Shown: positions 45,501 to 64,000 of the stretch, one piece after another | Layout: every line of letters starts with the position of its first letter | Position numbering within the stretch: position 1 is the stretch's first letter | Assembly: GCA_030141605.1 (NCBI GenBank) | Contig: JAQGDQ010000240.1 | Span: forward strand, 233,879 to 297,878 | DNA length: 64,000 nt | DNA from: Tubiluchus corallicola | Taxonomy: Eukaryota; Animalia; Priapulida | Direction: 5' to 3' | The notes under the pieces: generated by a model | What the model saw: only the letters and a program-made list of their open reading frames with translations | Database searches by the model: none | Told to the model about the DNA's origin: nothing | Position numbers and translations under genes: made by a program

Positions 45501-48500
45501 CTCATTGAAGCTACATAATATTTACAAAATAATTACTAGGCAGAAATGTTTAGCTGCAAGGTTTACCTTTTTAGTCTTGTGTCTCTAATGTCCTAAAAAC
45601 ATTACACATCACCCGTACGTATCTTGCAATATTATACTATTTTTCGTTTAATTTTATCATGCGCGCGTAATAGTAATTTCCCTAGTTCTGCTGACTTAGT
45701 TGGGATTGTTTTCCATTTATTTCAGATTATGTACATTGTCCATACTGTGATCGTAATTTTAGCCAAACGGCCGCAGAACGGCACATAGAATTTTGTAAAT
45801 CACAAGCGATGAAGAAAGGCGGAGCTCCAAAACTTGCAGATAAAAAACCGAAGGTAAAAGAGACAGCTATGCTCCTTTATTTATTTACAAGCATTTATGC
45901 AAAAGCATAATCTTATTAATGTTGATGTAGCCAAAGTAGCCACTCACATTGTTCTTGTCTAAATTTTTTTGCAAATTAAATGGCTCCTTTCAAGAATTTG
46001 CACAATGTGCATATTTTTCAGACAGTGTTTTAATTTGCACATCACTTATTGTAAAAAATGTTTATTTACAAGTAGTTTGTCACTAATCAGTTAGCAAAAC
46101 ATAATTTAGCACCCTGATTTTAAAGTTCTGTTCCCATTCGTGCACATTTTACAGCTCCATAGACAGTTGATTTGTGAGAAAATGCACATTAGCCACTGCA
46201 TTTTTGTGACATAGACAAATTGTTTTTCAGCAAGCACCGTCACAGATTGGCAAACCACAGCAGAAAAGAGTGAACAACCCTGCAGTTAGCACATCAAAAA
46301 CTGCTGTTAACATATCAAAAACTACATCACACAATGCTACTAATAAATCGACACAGAATGTTAATAGCAAACCATCTGCTGTTACTTTGAAATCTAACTC
46401 TAGGGTTGTTAATGCACACAGTAATAGTACAAAGTCGGTGAGTTTTGTGATAGATGTGTAGACTAACATTGGTTCAATAGGTGTTGGTGGTGCTGTCTTA
46501 TGCTCTGAATCTTTCTTACTGATAGGTCTTTGTTTAAACTTTGTGAATAGTTAGAATTTGTGTGTCTTGCACGAGCTGACGATCTCTTGCATGGTCCTCT
46601 AGACAAAGGCATTGTTGTTTTTCTATTGTATCCTTTCGCAAGTGTGCTGACAGAATCATATTTGTGTGACTTGTGTCTAAAACATTGCCAATAAGAATTG
46701 TCTTTTTGGAAAGGCAGACATATACAGTTTCTTTACTGTGCAGCATGCCTGTAATTTTTGCACTCTCTTTGTTAGTAATTCTCGTGATTTAAAGAAATAA
46801 TACTAGAATAAAGAAATAATATTAATAAAGAATAATCTTAGTTCCTGCACATTGTTATACAAAAAGGAATTGGCTATTAGGGGCTATGCTCTCATTTTTT
46901 TGTACTCTTTGTGTTAATAGAAAACTGCAGTTTCAGTGTCAGAAAATGCATTTTTGCACCATATACTTCAACGATGTGTTTTAGGCCCGTCATTCTTATA
47001 GTCATGCTAAGATTATGTTGTTACCTGCGTGAGTTTACAAATTTTTCCCACCTTTTGCCGTTGCTTTTGTAAAATTATTAAATGACTAAAGTTTTCAATG
47101 GTTTTCTCTCATTTTTATATTATACTTATATTTTTTATCGTCTTTTGAATTTTAATGATACACTGAAGATTTTATTAGCACTAGTTTCTGAACATTTATG
47201 TTTACTTTTATTGTGTCTCGATATTGACCGGTGCAGTAACAGTTTATAGTTAGTATTAATTTCTACACTATGTTATTGTCACTAATTGTTGATCAATGGT
47301 AGGCAGTAAATGTTAATTAATGGCTTTTATTGCCATAACTGCCTGGAGAATATTTACAGTCATCACACTGATAGATTGTTGCTTAGTTAGGTAACAGCAA
47401 CGACATTTGTAGTTGCTTGCAGAAATGCAGACCAATTTACATGACTTTAATCCATTGTTTTTATTGTATTGCAGTATCAGCCACCACCACCTAAAACAAA
47501 ATCTGGAACCGGTGCAGGTAAGTAATAAAAAGCTGCTGCCACTTTTAGTACAAACTTTCATCAAATTACATTATGCTTTATTTGTGACTCTGACAGTTTG
47601 ATTTTTTCGCAACTGTTTACTCCAGTGAATAGTTCTTCAACTCCACACTTGGACTGAAATGCCTCAGCAAGTATTTGCAGAGGTGGCAGAAGTGACGTGG
47701 TCAGTAGATGGCCTTGCAAATATGTTTACAGTGGAACCTCGACTTACGAAAACCCTATTATATGAGAAATTCAGGATACGAATCGGGCTTCGGAGAAATT
47801 TCCGTCCCATTTAACGAAAAAATTTACAAGATACGAAAACGAAAATCGAAAGTGCCGCCCGACAGTGGTCCTCCCAGAATGTATTTCGTAGCATCACGTG
47901 AACGCTTTGTTATGCGCAACACGTGAACACTTCGAAAGGTAAAGTGTCATTATTCGTAACAACATTTATTATTATTTTTCATTGATTTTATTATTTTCTC
48001 ATTGGTCTTTAACATTTATGTAAATGATTATGTTGTCATTAACGAACATATTTCTTTCGGGTAGGTACAATATTTACACTTTATACGACTGGTTTTCGGG
48101 GGGGAGGGGGTGTTTCTGGAACGAGTTACGCCATTTATAGCGTAAACCTTGTCTCATAATACAAAAATTCTAAGATACGAAAACCCCTCCGGAACGAATT
48201 AATTTCGTATCTCGAGGTATCACTGATAATACAAACTCCTTCAGTTTGCGTAATTCACTTATTCATGCAGGCTAATGTAGTTTTTTTGTCTGCTTTATTT
48301 CAACTGCCTCAATTTTCTTTGACATTTTTGTTCAAAAACAGAATAATATACTTGAGCTTCATTAATACCATTTTGTCAACTTCCCTAGGTCCTGCAAAAA
48401 AGCCGGCTGGGCCCACGAAGCCCATCAACAGATCCAACAATAACAACAATGCAGGAAATAGCAGTGATGGACCAAAACTGCAGGCTCGAGCTCCAGGCGC

Positions 48501-50574
48501 TCCAGCTAGGTATGAGCTCAGTACTTCAACATCTTTCCTTGTCAGAAGTGGTACATGCTGTCTGTGTATTCACTTGTCGATTAATTTACTTAGCACATTT
48601 CTTCACAACCGTTTAAGTTGCCTTCTTTAAACCAATGCAGAAATGCCCTGATACTTGCGAGGGTTATTGTGCTTAGTGCAAATTGCATGCGATAAAATTT
48701 ATGTGAAATTCATCTGTCCTCACTGAAAAAAGTGTGCCATACTTCTACAAGATGCAAACATGGTATCACATGTCGAGTGATAATACCTGTAATAAGCAAA
48801 GCAATTCTGACATTTTGACACTGTCTTGTTTTTGTCCCTTTTACAGCTGCTTGTAATTGTGAACTACCTTCATAAAAATTACGCTGAGAAATCATGTCGA
48901 TGGTGCACTCCTGCACTGAACTCGTTATATTTGCATAGACATTTCGCAAAAGCAAATTAAGTCTAATCTTGCTTCAAAATTCTCATAATATAATAATTTC
49001 GTTTCAGAAACATGAAAGCGTCCAATTCTACAAATAATAAACAATCGTCGTCAAAATCTGCGCCAAAACCCAAATCAAAACAAACGCCCATTGCTAATAA
49101 CACGCATGCAAACCATGAACCACTGCATGACCCATTCAATGATGATCCATTTGCGGGTGCACAGGAGATGCAGTTTACCCGTCCCTCATCCGAACGCAAT
49201 CTGACAATTCCTCGTAAACAATCTGAGGAAAGCGGATACTATTCTGGGCAATATAGCCCAACAATATATCCCTCCTCGTACAGGTATATCTGTGCTTAAC
49301 GTGTGCTTAATCTCTCCTGCACGTGTGCTCAACCATGATGTACCTTGTCATTCTCACCCTGAGATTACTAAAATGAACTTACAATATCTGTTTTTGCTGT
49401 GGATGCAGTGATTGCACACCGTTTATTTCTGGCACATCTTTGTTGCATATACCTGTACACATTTGAAAAATTTCCATTGTTTTACTGTCTTCGTATCAAA
49501 ACTGTTTTTGCTAGTGTCACTGCATTTATATCCTTACAGCTGGCCATTTCTAACTATTATTCCGCTATGTTCACAAATTGTATAGATCTGAAAAAAATGT
49601 GAATTTTGGTGTCTTTTATGTGTATAGCTGACTAACTGAAATTTCTTTTAGTGTAAATTTCTGTCAGTACCCTCTCTACCTTTGTTAAAAACATCTGCAC
49701 TCAATTTAAGAAAATTTAGATGCTGAAGTCTTTGCAAGAATGTATTTTTATTAATTAATAAATTGAAAACTCAATGATATTGATAAATAATATCATTAAA
49801 ATTTAGGACGAAACATTTATTAATAAAATATACCTTCTGTAAAAAAGATACCTTCTACACCTGGGCAGTACAAAAATATATTGTATACCTCACAATTTGA
49901 ATTCATTTTTATTCAAAACTCAAGGTAACAGTATTAAACAGTTTAGCATTTCAAGTGGAGATTGACATTCTAATATAAGGTTTGCAAAAATGATACACTG
50001 CTTTTATGTTAAGACGTAATATGTGGTCTGAAAATGTGACAAATGACAATGGTATTATTACTGTTTAAATGTTTTTATCTGATTCTCAATTTTCTTCTTT
50101 CTAATTCTGAATGTTTTTCTGGTGTATTTTTGACTATTTATTGTATTAAATGTGTTTTTGCATGTTCATATGTATTTATTTGTAATTTACAAGTATTTAT
50201 TGTTTTATTATTGAAACTTCAGCAAAAACATGTACTAAAATATCTTTATTTGTGTGCTCATGTGACAATTTGATTTATTCACATTACATGCCTAAAAAAT
50301 TGTAGAACTTACTTACATTTTTTCCTGTTTTGATACAAAATTTTCTTTCCTGTAATTAGACTCAAATATTTAATTCTTTTTGACATTCTTATTCCTTTAT
50401 GTTGATCTTATTCTTGATTTTAGTAATAAACCTGGTGCTGGACAACGATCGCAACTGCCTCGTCTATCCCGGCCTGGATCCTCCACGCTTTGTCCGGAGT
50501 GCGGTGGAAAATATCCGTCACCCCATGCAAAGTTCTGTGTCGAGTGCGGAGTCAAACGTGCCAGCCTTACATAA
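36559..50574 (+). CDS. ZC2HC1A: Zinc finger C2HC domain-containing protein 1A/1B-like (FAM164 family)
   Basis: Exons 36559-36580, 37431-37510, 39064-39201, 42298-42397, 45726-45853, 46231-46437, 47475-47517, 48389-48509, 49008-49283, 50424-50574 (TAA) join in frame. Motifs: LTPCRVCGRTFAPSTLVKHEPIC..KKRKVFDSGKMRAMGTEI; SHWRQEHEEFIATIRAAK; DYVHCPYCDRNFSQTAAERHIEFCK; C-terminal zinc ribbon CPECGGKYPSPHAKFCVECGVKR. Confidence 0.92.
47729..48225. mobile_element. Tigger/pogo-like MITE (~500 bp) in ZC2HC1 intron
   Basis: TIRs CAGTGGAACCTCGACTTACGAAA ... TTTCGTATCTCGAGGTATCACTG; TA at the left flank; internal GATACGAA subterminal repeats. Confidence 0.8.
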
Positions 50575-52435
50575 TCATCTAATGTCACAGCAACACCTTT
50601 TGTTTAAATACAAAACATTTGCTTTTTGTTCCAAGAGATTTGTTATAAGCTGTGTATCTGACATTTTTACAATTTGAAAAATGCATTTTTGCTTTTAAGA
50701 ATATTTTGCATTCACTTTTATTATTTTGTTTGACACGAACCATGTGCGTTTTGAAAATGTAAACTACACAGAGATTTGTCTTTTTTGAAGAAACTGTTGA
50801 ACAACAAATGTAAATTCACAGTAGTAGACTTTGTTATCAAGAAACTGCATCAGTTCAAAAAATGAAAATAAAAAGATGAAAGTTGTTTGTTTTTTTAACC
50901 CTGTGTTACATACAGAAGTTCATAGCGAAAAATACTTTCAAACATTCGTACCTTCATAACATTTGAGGGCTTTTGAAAAATAAAAGGCCTACACTTTGCA
51001 CACTAGGCCTCGTACACTTCAGTTTTGCACACTTTTTGGCATTAGTAACTTAGTTCAGGAACCCCAAGTTTATTTTGTTTAATTTTTGTGTAACATCTTT
51101 TAAATATATAGCACATAGCACATAGCATATCAGATATCAGCTGTTGTACAACTTGACTAAGTACCTGTTCTATGATTGTAGGAGAGCAGAATAGAGACAT
51201 ATGGGTTGTTAAGTCACCTTATGCATCATTGAAACATTCTTAATAATGTGTAACCAGAAAAGCATGTGTCGTTTCTTGTGTGTAATAATGTAATTTTGAT
51301 GGTCTAAGTATTTTAGAAGCACAAACACTGTGCATAGGTTGTTTGGCCTAAGCATCAGATCCAAGTATAAAAAAACATGAAAGAGAAAGATCGTCTATGG
51401 TCTAATGCTATTTGCCTTGAGAAAATTTAATTATTTTTTAACAATGAGAGTTTAATTTCCATGTTCTTTTTATTTATTTAGTTTGAAATCCATTTTTTGT
51501 TGTCCTAATTTTTTGTTTAATTCTCAAGGTTACTGCTATTTAATATTATTGCAGTGCTAAAAGAAATGTTTTTATATTGGGCACTGTTTGTAACAAATAC
51601 ATAGATTCGTTCTGGTTGTGTAATTTTCGACTTTAGGGTGGAAAAGTTTAAATTTATTTTGCATTGTCAGAACATTTGTGGTGTATACTTGCTCCAAATG
51701 CTTTTGAAAAGTTACTATGTACATTTTGTAAGGTTAGTAAGTGAGTAGATATTTCGATAGTCAGTGCAAGTTACTCAAACTAGATTTGATCTTAACATTT
51801 TACTTGAACTATAACAATCATTTGTTTTTGTTAGTAGTTAAAACCATCTATGCTGAACATATGGGCCACAAGGTTTGTAAATTTTTAGTGATAATTACAG
51901 GGAAAAGATGTCACCTACATTAACAAATTTTAAGTATGCATCCTCTAACGTATATATTTTTGATTTTAGGTACAATTTTTTTATTATATTACATTTTACT
52001 TTAGAAACTTGATTATGTGACATTCCAAAGTATTCTACAGTCTTTCATACTCTAGTCTTAGCAATTCAATTCAATGCTTATATTATATAAATAAAAGACT
52101 TCAATTTTTTACTCCAGGCATTTCAGTAAGATTCCCGCTTAGCTTTTATGAAAGTAATCCAGTTGTAATTGTGATTAAAAGCTAGTAATATAGATAGACA
52201 AACATTTATGTATATTATTTTTACAGATTAGTCTATAGGCACTTATTTATTTGTGTACTCTCCTTTTTGCACTTAAAATAAATCTTATTTAACAAGCATC
52301 ATTGTGCCTTGTTTTTCTACTGCATTTTCAAAATTAATGAACAATGCAACTTTGCCATGCAAATGCCAATGCAACATTAATGAACAAGTTAAAAGGTTTT
52401 TGCTTGTTTTTCACAGACATTTCATTATGTAGAAT

Positions 52436-52868
52436 CAGGGTTCCCACTGTCATGGAAAATCCTTGAAAATACAGGCTATCCTGGAAAGTCATAGAGAAGT
52501 CAGAGAAAGTGATGAAAATAGAGCGAAAAATCAGGGAAATTGGAAAGGGTTGCAAAAAATATATTTTTCCAAACATTTTTCAGATTTGCAATCAAATGAA
52601 ATTTTGCTATGGCAGGCTCCCAGTTTCGATTTCTGTTCCAAAATAACGATTGGATTAAGAAAGTTTATTTATTGTAATTAGTGTTATTTCGTTAGCACTA
52701 CTGCAACTATGCCGACACATTATCAGTATGCGTGTGAATGTCCATACATAAAAATGTTAGAATGTGTTATGCTGGTAATGCAATTCCTGCTTATCTTGGT
52801 TATGGAAAATCAATATTTGGTCAGGGAAAAGTCTGGGAAATTTATTTTAAAATTCTGTGGGAACACTG
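52436..52868. mobile_element. Non-autonomous DNA transposon with 6-bp target-site duplication
   Basis: TIRs CAGGGTTCCCAC / GTGGGAACACTG (1 mismatch); TAGAAT directly repeated at 52430-52435 and 52869-52874; internal tggaaaa/tcagggaa subterminal repeats. Confidence 0.8.
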
Positions 52869-53816
52869 TAGAATAAATTGCTCTTCATTATTATTAGATG
52901 ACAAATGACTAAATAATGTACTTTGTTATGATAAAAAATATAATAAATAATCATTATTTGCAGCTCTTGCAAGTGACTTGGATGAAGTCACTAAATTTCA
53001 AAAACAAATTTAAAGATCAGATAGCTGCACACAATGAACTTCATTACAGAAACACCATACAAACACATGGCAAGTATTTTTTGTGGTGAGAAACAAAGGT
53101 AAAAAATAAATTACTAAAATTCAGTTGCTTTTGCCACCTTATGCGAGAACTTCTGGGTAACATCGAAATACATTGAAGCACGAGACAAACATGACAATTA
53201 TCCTAATAAATTTATTCACATGTTGCAGACACATGAAAAAACAATAACTATGTAACAATATATTTAAAAACATCTAAAAATAACTACTCTACAAAATTGC
53301 TTACAATATATTTAGGCCACAAAATTACAATACTTTTTCAAGCACTAAAAATAGACTATCACAAAGAACGAAATAAAAAGTGTGGACTGTGAGCAAGGAT
53401 GAAAAACTGTACAATAAAATCTGCAAAGAAAACACAGTACTAGCTAATGACAGACGAAGAACAAGCTAATGATTTACATATGTTGTTAACTTCAATGGGT
53501 GTGATATTAAAAAGTGTTAAAAAACTTAAGTTAAAATACCTCTTTATTACAATAACAGCTAAAACTGACACAAAACTGTAATTTAAGTAAGTTAAAAGCC
53601 GTACTAAAGCTATTTAAATGGGTTAAAAGGTACAGCAATGAAACACATGCCTGCCAATCAGCTTTCGCTTAGGAAAGACAAATAAGTGCAACTCAAGAAA
53701 TGTCTGATTTGGAATCTCCAAACAATACTACACAATTCTGTAGAACTACAAGCTTTTCCTTTTAGAAAACTTCAAAAAGGCATGCATTGGAACTAATTAA
53801 TGGACACCAACTAATT

Positions 53817-53872
53817 GTGAGCCCAGGAATTGAACCAAGGGTTTTCTCATTGATTGGACTTGCTAACCAAGA
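53817..53872 (-). mobile_element. Possible tRNA-derived SINE head remnant
   Basis: Minus strand has an A-box-like TGGTTAGC followed ~25 nt later by a B-box GGTTCAATTCC; no cloverleaf can be folded. Confidence 0.3.
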
Positions 53873-54201
53873 TATACAGTATATAATACCAGGCTATACA
53901 GTATACGTAGGTTTGCTTATGAATGTTGAATTTGCCGTGACAGAAATTTGTTCTCAAAAAACGTATATTATCAGCCAAATGCACATTAATAGCACATCTG
54001 ATATCTGAATGAACAGCACTACTTTAGACACAAATCAACAATTATTTGAAAAAAGGTAAATGAGTCAAAAAGTAACTGCAGTATAGAAGTTTAATCATTC
54101 AGCAATAATCTCACTAATATGGACGATTAAAAACACAAATTACACAACAGTTTATAATAAAAATAATTTCTTACGTGATTTAATCTGACTAGGTGTTTTA
54201 C

Positions 54202-63208
<9,007 letters not shown>

Positions 63209-64000
63209 CTGAATGAAAACAAACGTAAATTATATATTATACAGAATGCATGATCTGGCATAGTAAGATTTTGTATTGAAAAGTGTCTGCAGCAAATGTA
63301 GTAAGTAATAAAAGTGGAAAAGTAAAGAAACTATAATATTCAAAACAAAGCCTGGTTCTACTTTTCAGCCATATTTGCAACCGTCCACACACATTTTACT
63401 TTGCTAAAACAGTGTATAGAAAGTGTATTTTTAGTTTCATTTACTTAGTAAAAAATCAACTGATTTAAGGAATTTTTAAGAGAACAGCCAATTAGTATAA
63501 TTGACAACCAGAAAAAATAACAATAGTGTAGCTAAAATTACTCAGCTCTTATTTATATAAAGCATAATGTTATTTTTTGTGTAAGCACTACACCGACTCA
63601 ATATAATTCGTCATGCCAGATATAGTTAATGGGTATGAGAACAATCTGTTGTGTCTTAAGTTAGCAATTATTCAGAAAAACTTGCAGATTTGTGAAAATG
63701 TCTTATTGCATTTATTCTGCTATGGTTTGCAGATTAGCTGAATAGTATCTTTAGTAAAAAAGTTTGCATCAAGAAGAAATTATGTCAGCTATCAATAAAA
63801 TAAAATTACATAAGTATTAAGCAAAACACTGATTACAGCTTTGCCAGTGAAAATGGCTATACACAACAAACTAATAAAGACCTATGAGTTATAGCCATAG
63901 CCACTCCCCTCACTTTATTTTGCTTAAACTTTTTTGTACAATTTATGTGGATACATACTGTGAAAAGAATGAATTGTAAAGTTATAACGTGAAGTCCAAA

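Noticed and set aside
53817-53872. tRNA gene
   Set aside because: Only A/B-box-like words are present, with no acceptor or anticodon stems; at most a SINE remnant.

Overview
AT-rich, intron-rich animal (probably invertebrate) genomic DNA. Most ORFs in the track are spurious, and the real genes only appear after splicing short GT-AG exons together by hand. Five conserved genes: RNF113/CWC24 (+, 5'-truncated), CCDC13 (-), cathepsin B (-), a ZC2HC1A/FAM164-type C2HC zinc-finger gene (+) and a PHTF-family gene (-, running off the right end). Gene identities come from motif recall, not database searches. A decayed, internally deleted Ty3/gypsy retroelement lies between the divergent cathepsin B and ZC2HC1 5' ends. 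Introns and UTRs hold several MITEs, tandem duplications and a ~600-bp (GA)n/poly-G tract. I found no convincing new protein-coding system. The best leads are non-coding: a 153-bp inverted repeat in a cathepsin B intron whose only mismatch becomes a G-U wobble in the pre-mRNA, and a ~370-bp palindrome in a CCDC13 intron carrying two oppositely oriented minimal hammerhead-ribozyme motifs of Penelope-like type. Weaker leads are probable overlapping 3'UTRs of RNF113 and CCDC13, a CTCF-like site, a CLEAR-like E-box and candidate cassette exons.
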